DNA of 64,000 nt from contig JAULAX010000007.1 in the NCBI GenBank assembly GCA_032654565.1, forward strand, positions 128,001 to 192,000. The letters run 5' to 3'. Position 1 is the stretch's first letter. Each line of letters starts with the position of its first letter. The notes beneath the pieces are model-generated. The model searched no databases. It had not been told where the DNA came from and saw nothing but the letters and a program-made list of their open reading frames with translations. The stretch is from Anaeromyxobacteraceae bacterium (GTDB lineage: Bacteria > Myxococcota > Myxococcia > Myxococcales > Anaeromyxobacteraceae). The position numbers and the translations under genes were made by a program. Positions 55,682 to 64,000 of the stretch are shown piece by piece.

Positions 55682-58600
55682 GTGACCAAGCGCCGGCTCG
55701 CCCTCGCCTTCCTCGCCCTGCTGCTGGCCCTGGTGGCCGGCTCGCTGGCGGTGCTGCGCACGCGCTGGGCGGGCGACCGCATCTGCGCGCTGGCCTCGGC
55801 CCGGATCCGCGCCGCCACCGGGCTGGAGGTGGCGACCACCTCATGCCGCATCGAGCCCTTCACGCTCTCGGTGCTGACCGAGGGGCTGCGGCTGGGACCG
55901 GCCCAGGCGCCCACCTTCACGGCCGAGGCCGTGGAGGCCCGCCTGGCCGTCATCCAGGGGCTGGGCGGGCGGCTCGAGCTGGCGTCGCTGCGGCTGACCC
56001 GCCCGCGCGTGGTGGCGACGCTCCCGGCCCCCTCGCCCACCCCGCGCACCTGTCCGCCGCCGGAGCTGGGGCGGATCGACCTGGGCCGGCTCGACCTCAC
56101 CGACGGCGCCCTGGAGCTCACGCTCCCCGGCGGCGGGCGGGTGGCGGTCGACGGGCTCCGCGTCGAGGCGGGCCGGAAGGCCACCTCGCGGTGGCCCTTC
56201 GGCCCGGCGGCGCGCCGGCTCCACGTCACCGCGGGCGCCGGCGAGGTGAGGGTGGCGGCGGCCGGCCGGGCCTGGCGGGCGCGGGATCCGGCCATCGACG
56301 GCGAGGTGGCGCTCGACCTCTCGGAGGCCACCCTGGACGGCGCCGAGGCCCTGGTCGACGGCGTCAAGCTGGGGGCCCGCGGCCTGGTCAAGTCGCTCTG
56401 CGACCCGGTGCTCGACCTCACCGCCACCGTCGAGGGGTCCCTGGCCAGGGTGGTGGCCCTGGCCGGCGAGTCCCCCGGGGCCTGGGACGCCCAGCTCAAG
56501 GTGCAGGCGCGGGTCACGGGCCGCCCGGCGGCGCCGGCCCTGGGCGGCACCGTCGACTTCACCCAGCTCGCCTCCGGCGGGGTCAAGCTCGGGGCCGGTC
56601 ACGCCGAGGCCCGGGTGGTCGGCGACAAGGTGCTGGTGGACCGGCTCACCCTCCCGTTCACCGGCGGTACGCTCAAGGCCACCGGGGTGGTCACCCTGGC
56701 CTCCGACGTCCCCATCGAGGCCACCGCGCAGATCGAGGGGGTCGACCTGGCGGAGGTCCTGGAGCGGCTCTCGGTGCCGGGCGCCTGGGTGACCGGGCGG
56801 ATGACCGGCACCGCCACGGTCAGCGGCACCGTCTGGCCGCCCCGGCTGGCCCTGGAGGTGGACGCGCAGGTGCGCGGCTTCCGCGCCCTCACCGGTCCGT
56901 GGCGCCAGGCCCGGGCCGGCGACCAGGCCATGGTGGAGTTCGCGCAGGGGCGGATCAAGGCGCCCTTCCGCATCACCCTCGACGGCCTCTTCTTCGAGCG
57001 GGCCCGCATCGAGGTGGGGCGCGGGGCCCTCGACCTCGACGCCGAGGTCTACTTCGACGACGCCCGGGGCTTCCAGCTCCGGGCCGCCGGGGAGGTGGAC
57101 CTGGCGCCGCTCGGCCACATCGCCGGCCTGCCCATGTCCGGCCACGGCGCCGTCTCCACCCGGGTCAGCGCCGTCCCCTACGGGCTGCCCCAGGCCGAGG
57201 CCAAGGTGAAGCTGGAGCAGTTCCGCTTCCTCGACGTCGACCTGGGGACCGTCAGCGGCGACGTGGTCCACGCCGCCGACAAGGTGCTGCGGTTCTCCAA
57301 CCTGGAGGGGCGGCGCGGGGCCAGCGCCTACGGCGGCTGGCTGGCGGTCGACCTGGGGGCCACGCCGGTGCGGCTGTCCGGCTCCCGGTTCAGCGTCAGC
57401 GGGGTGGCCCGCGACTACCTCGACGCCGTCACCGACTGGCTGCCCAGCTCGCGGGCCCTGCGCGGGCTGATCGACGGCCGCGTCGACGCCATGACGGTCA
57501 CGGCGGCCGGGCCGGCGGCGGCCCCGGACATCCAGTTCGAGGGGCGCTTCGGGCCCTGCGAGGTCATGGGGCGGAGCTTCGACGGCGGGCGGGTCGCCGG
57601 CGTCATCCTCCAGGCCGCCTCGGTCCGCTTCGACCGGCTGGAGCTGACCTCCGGGCCGGGCACGGTGGGGGCGGTCGGCACCTGGGCGTTCCAGGGGCCG
57701 CAGCCCTGGGCGCTGACGCTCTCGGCGGCCGGGCTGCCGGCGGCGACCCTGGCGCTGCCGGGCGGGGCCTGGAGCGGCTCGATCTCCGGGAGCGCCGTCC
57801 TCGACGGCTCCTGGGACCAGCCCAAGGTCCGCTTCGCGCTCAACGGCGACGCCCTGTCGCTGCGCGGCATCGCCTTCGGCACCGTCCAGCTGGGCGGCAC
57901 CATCGAGGCGGATCGGCTGCTGGTGACCGGCGGCGCCGAGGGGATGCGCTTCTCCGCCGAGGCCAGGCTCGACGGCCGCAGGCCCTACCAGGCCCGGGTC
58001 GACCTGAAGCTGGAGGACGCGGCCCGGCTCTGGCCGGGCGGGCCCCCCAGCGGCTTCCGCGCCGCCGTCGAGGGGCTGGCCACCGCCAGCGGGGAGCTGG
58101 CCGCCCCGCGCACCGCCCGCGGGCGGATCGAGCTCAGCCGGCTCAGCGTCGCCGTCAGCGACTTCCGCGTCGAGAACGCCGCGCCGGTGGCGCTCCGCTT
58201 CGACGGCGGGCGGCTCGACATCGAGACCTTCAGGATCCAGGGGCCCAACACCGAGTTCTCGGTGAGCGGGGGGATGGGCGGCGGGCTCGACCTCGACCTC
58301 GACGCCGCCGGCGCCATCGACCTGCGCTTCCTGGCCGGCCTGCTGCCGGCGCTGCGGCGTCCCCACGGCCAGCTCACCCTGGAGGCGCACGTGGGCGGCA
58401 CCACCGAGGCCCTGGAGCTGCTCGGCGACGGGCGGGTGGACGAGGGCGGCTTCCAGGTGCGCGGGACCAACGCCGTCTTCGAGGGGCTGACCGGCGGGCT
58501 CTCCTTTTCCCAGAACCGGGTGATCTTCGACGGGGCCGAGGCCCGCATCAACGGGGGCAAGACCACCATGTCCGGCGAGGTGGAGCTGGTGCGGCTGCTC

Positions 58601-59617
58601 CCCTCCCGGCTGCGGCTGGAGGCGTCGCTGGAGGCGGTGCCGGTGGCCATCCCCGCCTACCTGCCGGTGACGGTCTCGGGCCGGGTCGAGGCGGCCGGCA
58701 CGCTCGAGGAGACGGTGGTGACCGGGCGGCTCCACGTCCTCAAGGCCCGCTACACCGACAACGTCGACATGGAGAAGGGGCTGCTCGAGCTGCGGCGGCG
58801 CCGCGCCGCGGCGGCCCGCACCTACGACAAGGCCTCGGAGTGGCTGCGCTTCGACCTGCAGATGGCGGTGGACGGCGACGCCCGCATCGAGAACGACGTG
58901 GCGCGCGGCGGGGTGCGCGGCGAGCTGACCCTGGTGGGGAGCCTGGCGGCGCCCGGGATGATCGGCTCGCTCACCATGACCGAGGGGAGCCGGGCCATGT
59001 TCCGCGGCAACGAGTTCGCCCTCAGCCACGCCGTCGTCGAGTTCACCGAGCGCGACCGGGTGGAGATGGGGCTCGACGTCCACGGCGAGGCGCGGGTGCG
59101 CGACTACCAGGTCTTCATGCACGTCTTCGGCCCCCTCACCGAGCCGAAGCTGGGGCTCACCTCCTCGCCGCCGCTCTCGCAGCCCGACATCATCACCCTG
59201 CTCTCCATGGGCTACACCTCGCGCGACACCCCGGCCAGCGCCGGTGTCCAGGGGATGGCCCAGGCGGCCGCCGCCCAGGCCCTGATCACCGCCTCCGGGC
59301 TGGACGAGCAGGTGCGCCGCTTCATGCCCCGCGGCGAGGTGCTCCAGGACCTCTCGGTGCGGGTCACCAGCGCCTACACCGAGGGGACCGGGCAGGTGGA
59401 GCCGCGGGCCGAGTTCGAGTCCTGGCTGGTGAAGGACCGGCTCAAGCTGCGCTACCAGGCGCCGCTCTCCGGGGCCCGCGGCCAGAAGGCCCAGGCCGAG
59501 CTGCGGCTCGGCGACCACACCGCGCTCCAGTACCAGTGGGACAACGACAACCCCGAGCTGAAGACCGGCGGTGACCACGGGGTCGACCTGCGCCTGCGCT
59601 GGGAGTGGCACGAATGA
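55682..59617 (+). CDS. tamB: Translocation and assembly module TamB (AsmA-like) protein
   Basis: N-terminal TM anchor, long beta-rich repeats and C-terminal LTSSPPLSQPDIITLL; overlaps the Omp85 gene. Confidence 0.85.
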   Translation: MTKRRLALAFLALLLALVAGSLAVLRTRWAGDRICALASARIRAATGLEVATTSCRIEPFTLSVLTEGLRLGPAQAPTFTAEAVEARLAVIQGLGGRLELASLRLTRPRVVATLPAPSPTPRTCPPPELGRIDLGRLDLTDGALELTLPGGGRVAVDGLRVEAGRKATSRWPFGPAARRLHVTAGAGEVRVAAAGRAWRARDPAIDGEVALDLSEATLDGAEALVDGVKLGARGLVKSLCDPVLDLTATVEGSLARVVALAGESPGAWDAQLKVQARVTGRPAAPALGGTVDFTQLASGGVKLGAGHAEARVVGDKVLVDRLTLPFTGGTLKATGVVTLASDVPIEATAQIEGVDLAEVLERLSVPGAWVTGRMTGTATVSGTVWPPRLALEVDAQVRGFRALTGPWRQARAGDQAMVEFAQGRIKAPFRITLDGLFFERARIEVGRGALDLDAEVYFDDARGFQLRAAGEVDLAPLGHIAGLPMSGHGAVSTRVSAVPYGLPQAEAKVKLEQFRFLDVDLGTVSGDVVHAADKVLRFSNLEGRRGASAYGGWLAVDLGATPVRLSGSRFSVSGVARDYLDAVTDWLPSSRALRGLIDGRVDAMTVTAAGPAAAPDIQFEGRFGPCEVMGRSFDGGRVAGVILQAASVRFDRLELTSGPGTVGAVGTWAFQGPQPWALTLSAAGLPAATLALPGGAWSGSISGSAVLDGSWDQPKVRFALNGDALSLRGIAFGTVQLGGTIEADRLLVTGGAEGMRFSAEARLDGRRPYQARVDLKLEDAARLWPGGPPSGFRAAVEGLATASGELAAPRTARGRIELSRLSVAVSDFRVENAAPVALRFDGGRLDIETFRIQGPNTEFSVSGGMGGGLDLDLDAAGAIDLRFLAGLLPALRRPHGQLTLEAHVGGTTEALELLGDGRVDEGGFQVRGTNAVFEGLTGGLSFSQNRVIFDGAEARINGGKTTMSGEVELVRLLPSRLRLEASLEAVPVAIPAYLPVTVSGRVEAAGTLEETVVTGRLHVLKARYTDNVDMEKGLLELRRRRAAAARTYDKASEWLRFDLQMAVDGDARIENDVARGGVRGELTLVGSLAAPGMIGSLTMTEGSRAMFRGNEFALSHAVVEFTERDRVEMGLDVHGEARVRDYQVFMHVFGPLTEPKLGLTSSPPLSQPDIITLLSMGYTSRDTPASAGVQGMAQAAAAQALITASGLDEQVRRFMPRGEVLQDLSVRVTSAYTEGTGQVEPRAEFESWLVKDRLKLRYQAPLSGARGQKAQAELRLGDHTALQYQWDNDNPELKTGGDHGVDLRLRWEWHE

Positions 59618-62600
59618 GCCCGGTCCACGCCGCGGCCGTGCTGCTGGCCCTGCTCTCCGGGGCGGCCCCCCCGACCTCCCCGGCCGCGCCGGCCGGGCCC
59701 GCCGTTCGCCGGGCCGCCACCGTCAACCTGGTGCTCCCCGAGCACGAGGACGATCCGGCGCTGGAGGCGCTGGTGGTGCTGGAGCGCGGCGCGCCGGTGA
59801 CCGTCCCGGCGCTGCGCCGCACCGTCACCCGGCTCTTCCAGTCGGGCCGCTGCCGCGACGTGGTGGTCACCGGGCGGGAGGCGGCGGCGCCGGCCGGGGC
59901 CGGCGGCGAGTGGATCGACCTGACCGTCGAGTGCCTGCCGCCGCGCATCCTCGCGGCCGCGACCTGGGCCTTCGAGGGCCCGACCCCGCTCGGCGAGCGC
60001 GAGCTCAAGGGCGAGCTGCAGGTGGCCCTGGGCGACCCCATCGACCAGGACGACGTCGAGCGGATCTCCGCCCGCATGGTGGCGGCGCTGCGGCAGCGCG
60101 GCCACCTGGCGGCGGTGGTCGACGGGCGCCTGGCCGGCCAGCCGGCGGCGACGCTGCACCTGGTGGTGAAGGCCGGGCCGCCCACCCTGGTGACGGCGGT
60201 GCGGCTGCCGGGGGCCGGGGCCGACGAGGCGGGGCTGCGCGCCCGGCTGGCCACCCGCCCCGGCGAGCTGCTGGTGGGGGAGCGGCTGCGCGCCGACCAG
60301 GAGACGCTGGTGGCCGCCCTGCACGCTGCCGGTCGCCGCCGGGCCCGGGTCGGCGCGGCCTCGGTGCACGACGTGGAGGGGGGCGTCGAGGTGATGTTCC
60401 CGGTGCAGCCCGGGCCGCTGGTGGCGCTGGAGGTCCGCGGCGCCGAGCAGTTCACCGGCGCCGAGCTGGCCGCGCAGCTGCAGCTCGACGGCGGGGCGGG
60501 GCTGGACGCCGCCGCCATCGAGGCCGGGCTGGAGCGGCTGCGCGTCTTCTACCGCGCCCACGGCCACGCCCTGGCCCGGTTCGAGGCCGAGGAGCGGCGC
60601 CTCGGCGAGGGGCTGGTGGTGACCATCCACGTCACCGAGGGGCGGCCCTACCGGCTGCGCGGGCTGCGCGTCGAGGGGGCGGAGGGGCGCGGCGAGGCGG
60701 TGGTGAACGACCGGCTGCGCGCCCTGCTGGAGGAGGAGCAGGGGACGCCGCCGGCCAGCCCGCCCAACGACCTGGCGCGGGCGCTGGAGGCCTCGATCCC
60801 CACGGCGCCGCCGCGGCGGGCCCCGCCGCCCCGGCCGGCCCCGGAGACTCTGCTCGACGAGGTGCCGACCGACCGGGCCCTGGCCCGGCTCGTCGAGGAG
60901 TACCAGAACGACGGCTACCTCGAGGCGACCTCGCTGGGCTGGTCGGTGGAGACCGACGCCGACCGGGGCACGCTCGAGGTGGTGGTGCGGCTGCGCGAGG
61001 GGGAGCGGACCACGGTCGACTCCATCGGCTTCGAGGGGAACGCCCAGGTGCCGCTCACCGACCTGGCCCGGGAGGCGCGGCTGGCTCCGGGGCGGCCGCT
61101 GGTGTTCGAGCAGGTGGAGGCGACCCGGTCGGCGCTGCTGCGGCTCTACCTGGCCCGCGGCTTCCTCTACGCCCGGGTCGAGGCCAAGGAGGAGATCGAC
61201 CGGGAGCGCCACCTGGCGGCGCTGCGCTTCGTGGTCGACGAGGGGCCGCGGGTCCGCATCGGCCGGGTGCTGGTGAGCGGCAACCGGCGCACCCGCGCCT
61301 CGGTGATCCGGCGCGCCGTCTCGGTCAGGGAGGGGGAGCCGTACGACCCGGAGGCGGTGGCCCGGACGCAGACGGCGCTGCTGGCGCTGGGGGTCTTCCG
61401 CTCGGTGGGGCTGCGGCTCTCCGACGCCGAGACTCCCGAGGCGGTCAAGGACCTCAACATCGAGCTGTCCGAGCGCCCCTGGCTCTACGTCTCGACCGGG
61501 GCCGGCTTCTCCCTCGCCAACGGGCCGCGCGCCGCGGTGGAGTGGGGCCAGCCCAACCTGCTGGGCCGGGCCCTGGAGCTGACCTCGCGCGCCAAGATCA
61601 ACTACCCGCTGGAGTACTTCCGCCCCGACCTGCAGAACGTCAGCCCCAAGAACCGCTGGGAAGGGCGCGCCGACGTCGGGCTGCGGGCGCCGCAGTTCAC
61701 CCCCTGGCCGATGGCCGGGCGGCTCGACGTCATCGCCGAGCGGCTGCGGCGCCGGGCCTACGACATGTCGGACATCTCCACGGTGTTCGGGGTCGACCAC
61801 CCGCTCACCAGCCGGATCTCGCTCTCCCTGCAGTACGAGGTGATGGTGGGGCGGCTGGTGCGGAACAGCGCCACCTCCTACCTGACCCAGGCCGACCTGG
61901 AGCGCCTCCGCTTCGACCAGGGCACCACCTCCCTCCAGTCGATCCGGCCGGTGGCCACCCTCGACTACCGGGACAACGCCTCCCACCCGCACTCCGGCTG
62001 GTTCGCCACCGGGTCGGCCGAGTGGGCCCACTCGATGGGCGCCGCCGGCCACCAGTACCTCGGCTTCTTCCCCGGCAGCGACATCTACAGCAACCTGGTC
62101 AAGGTGCAGGGGACGCTCTCCGCCTACCTCCCGGTGAGCCGGGCCACCACCCTGGCCCTCTCCGCCCGCGGCGGCCGCGTCTACCCGCTCGACGATCGGT
62201 CGCGCACCATCATCCCCAAGCGCTTCTTCCTCGGCGGCGCCGGCTCCATGCGCGGCTTCGCCGAGGAGGAGATGGTGGCCCAGGACCTGCGTGACGGGCT
62301 GGCCGACCAGTCCAACCACTGCGCCAGCTCCATCGCCGCCGGCGGGGTCGCCGGCCAGGCCGGCTGCACCGGGGCCGGCCAGCGGCTCAACGCCGGCCAG
62401 ATGGTGGCCAGCGAGGGAGGCGAGGCCTACGTGCTGTTCAAGGCCGAGCTGCGCCTCGGCCTCTCGAAGAGCGTCGAGCTGGGGATCTTCTCCGACCTCG
62501 GCAACCTCTGGGCCAACCCGGCCAACTTCAGGCTGCTCGACCTGCGCCCCAACGCCGGCGCCGGCCTCCGCTTCGTCACCCCGGTCGGCCCGGCGGCCCT

Positions 62601-62682
62601 CGACCTCGGCTTCAACCTGCTGCCGGACCGGCGCATCAACGAGCGGATCTGGGCCGTCCACTTCACCATCGGGCTGTTCTAG
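59614..62682 (+). CDS. Omp85 (BamA/TamA family) outer-membrane protein with POTRA domains
   Basis: Signal peptide, POTRA motifs (FEGN, GNRRTR..VIRR), NLLGR, RFFLGGAGSMRGF, TPVGP and C-terminal HFTIGLF. Confidence 0.92.
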   Translation: MSPVHAAAVLLALLSGAAPPTSPAAPAGPAVRRAATVNLVLPEHEDDPALEALVVLERGAPVTVPALRRTVTRLFQSGRCRDVVVTGREAAAPAGAGGEWIDLTVECLPPRILAAATWAFEGPTPLGERELKGELQVALGDPIDQDDVERISARMVAALRQRGHLAAVVDGRLAGQPAATLHLVVKAGPPTLVTAVRLPGAGADEAGLRARLATRPGELLVGERLRADQETLVAALHAAGRRRARVGAASVHDVEGGVEVMFPVQPGPLVALEVRGAEQFTGAELAAQLQLDGGAGLDAAAIEAGLERLRVFYRAHGHALARFEAEERRLGEGLVVTIHVTEGRPYRLRGLRVEGAEGRGEAVVNDRLRALLEEEQGTPPASPPNDLARALEASIPTAPPRRAPPPRPAPETLLDEVPTDRALARLVEEYQNDGYLEATSLGWSVETDADRGTLEVVVRLREGERTTVDSIGFEGNAQVPLTDLAREARLAPGRPLVFEQVEATRSALLRLYLARGFLYARVEAKEEIDRERHLAALRFVVDEGPRVRIGRVLVSGNRRTRASVIRRAVSVREGEPYDPEAVARTQTALLALGVFRSVGLRLSDAETPEAVKDLNIELSERPWLYVSTGAGFSLANGPRAAVEWGQPNLLGRALELTSRAKINYPLEYFRPDLQNVSPKNRWEGRADVGLRAPQFTPWPMAGRLDVIAERLRRRAYDMSDISTVFGVDHPLTSRISLSLQYEVMVGRLVRNSATSYLTQADLERLRFDQGTTSLQSIRPVATLDYRDNASHPHSGWFATGSAEWAHSMGAAGHQYLGFFPGSDIYSNLVKVQGTLSAYLPVSRATTLALSARGGRVYPLDDRSRTIIPKRFFLGGAGSMRGFAEEEMVAQDLRDGLADQSNHCASSIAAGGVAGQAGCTGAGQRLNAGQMVASEGGEAYVLFKAELRLGLSKSVELGIFSDLGNLWANPANFRLLDLRPNAGAGLRFVTPVGPAALDLGFNLLPDRRINERIWAVHFTIGLF

Positions 62683-63353
62683 GTCGCCGGCGGCCCGGCC
62701 AGCTCCGGGAGCCGCGCCAGCACCTCGTGGAAGGTGCTGAACTCCTGGTGGACCACCCCGCGGTCGCGGCACCACTCGACCAGGCTGGAGCCGGACCGGG
62801 CGAAGACCAGGTCGCCGGCCTCGGCAGCGCAGCGGTCGCCGGCGCCGTCACCCAGCACCAGCACCCGGTGCCCGGCCCGCTGCAGCTCGCGCACCACCTC
62901 CCCCTTGCAGGCGCCGCAGAAGCCGCAGTCGGGGCCGTGGAAGGCCACCGAGAGGCCGGTCGGCGAGCAGGCCGCCCGGTTGGAGCGCAGCTCGAGGTGG
63001 CGCCGCAGCGGGGCGGGGAGGCCGGCCAGCACCGGCTCGATGTAGGCGTCGAGCCCGGCCGAGACGATGAGGAAGCGGTGGCCGGACCCGGCGCAGGCCG
63101 CCAGGAAGTCCTCGAAGCCCGGGCGCCAGGCCGCCCGCTCCAGGGCGAAGGCGGCGATCTCCTCCCGGCTGGCGGTGATGGGGGCGAAGACCGCCTGGAG
63201 GAGCACGCCGAAGCTCGACTGCCCGGCCCGGAAGAGCGCCTCGGCCGCCTCGTAGGCGGCGGCGCCGGCGAAGCGCTGGGCCACGGCGTCGCCGAGGTCG
63301 AGGGCCAGCGCGGTGCCGTCGAAGTCGCAGACGATGGCCCAGGGGCGAGGCAT
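62679..63353 (-). CDS. HAD-IB family phosphatase (MtnX-like)
   Basis: CDFDGT, RPGF, VSAG, CGACK, GDGAGD and VFAR. Confidence 0.85.
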   Translation of the reverse strand: MPRPWAIVCDFDGTALALDLGDAVAQRFAGAAAYEAAEALFRAGQSSFGVLLQAVFAPITASREEIAAFALERAAWRPGFEDFLAACAGSGHRFLIVSAGLDAYIEPVLAGLPAPLRRHLELRSNRAACSPTGLSVAFHGPDCGFCGACKGEVVRELQRAGHRVLVLGDGAGDRCAAEAGDLVFARSGSSLVEWCRDRGVVHQEFSTFHEVLARLPELAGPPAT

Positions 63354-63392
63354 GGGGGGGGGGGCTGGTCGTAACGCCCGGGGGAGGTGGCG

Positions 63393-64000
63393 TCAACCCG
63401 GGTGGCGCGCGCCGGCCAGCCGCTCGTGGACCAGCCCCCAGCGGACGCCCCGGTCGGAGACGGTGAGCGCCTCGAAGCCGGTGAGCGCCATGGCCACCGC
63501 CACCACCACCGCCCCGGCGACGATGACGTCGGCCCGCTTCGGCTCCATGCCGGGGAGCCGGGCCCGCTCGGCGAGCGGCAGCGCCGCCAGCCGGGTCACC
63601 AGCGCCTCGACCCGGGCCAGCGAGAGCGAGGCGCCGTGGACCCGCTCGGCGTCGTAGGCGGGGAGGGCCTGGTCCACCGCCGCCAGGGTGGTGACGGTGC
63701 CGGCCACCCCCACCAGCCGCCCGCCGCGCCGCCCGCCGCCGTCCATGCCGGCCAGCGGCCGCAGCGCCTCGCCGGCAGCCCGGCGCAGGGTGGCCAGGGT
63801 GGCGGCGTCGATGGGGTCGGCGGTGACGTGGCGCTCGGTGAGCCGCACCGCCCCCACCTGCAGGCTGCGCCGGCCGCGCGGCGCCTCCTCGTCACCAAAG
63901 GTGAACTCGGTCGAGCCGCCCCCGACGTCGAGCACGGCCAGCCCCCCGGCCCCGGCCCGGCCGGCCCCGAAGTCGCGCCAGGCGCTGGCGTAGACCAGCC
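63393..64000 (-). CDS. Ppx/GppA exopolyphosphatase family, C-terminal part (5' end outside the window)
   Basis: DVGGGSTE, GAVRLTE, GVAGTVTT, RADVIVAG and SDRGVRWG. Confidence 0.9.
   Translation of the reverse strand, partial: LVYASAWRDFGAGRAGAGGLAVLDVGGGSTEFTFGDEEAPRGRRSLQVGAVRLTERHVTADPIDAATLATLRRAAGEALRPLAGMDGGGRRGGRLVGVAGTVTTLAAVDQALPAYDAERVHGASLSLARVEALVTRLAALPLAERARLPGMEPKRADVIVAGAVVVAVAMALTGFEALTVSDRGVRWGLVHERLAGARHPG

Overview
High-GC bacterial chromosomal segment whose gene content and order match Myxococcota (Anaeromyxobacter-like; inferred, not proven). The left 14.5 kb holds smpB, a large S8 protease with Cys-rich, collagen and MYXO-CTERM-like modules, DUF971/NRDE/pckG, an S1-domain protein, DsrE, acnA, a small membrane protein and ribF. 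The centre (14.6-48.5 kb) is a complete type IVa pilus locus: pilBTCSR (+), an opposite-strand block pilA-G-I-H-yfhO-like-fimU-V-W-X-Y1, then pilD-S2-(STT3/AglB-like oligosaccharyltransferase)-R2-HTH-pilMNOPQ-lipoprotein (+). The right end holds mglC, efp, accB, accC, sgmX-like TPR, ExeA-like ATPase, tamB, Omp85, a HAD phosphatase and a partial ppx/gppA. Three signals stand out. (1) Three copies of an unannotated 40-bp palindrome with compensatory stem changes and a conserved asymmetric spacer bracket acnA (inverted) and a small membrane gene (direct), like cassette boundaries. (2) Two GT-C glycosyltransferases sit inside the pilus locus, including an archaeal-AglB-like OST whose WWDYG motif reads PWDLA, which suggests a pilus-dedicated glycosylation system. 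(3) pilI appears to start at a CTG codon. I saw no rRNA, tRNA, CRISPR array, transposase or integrase.
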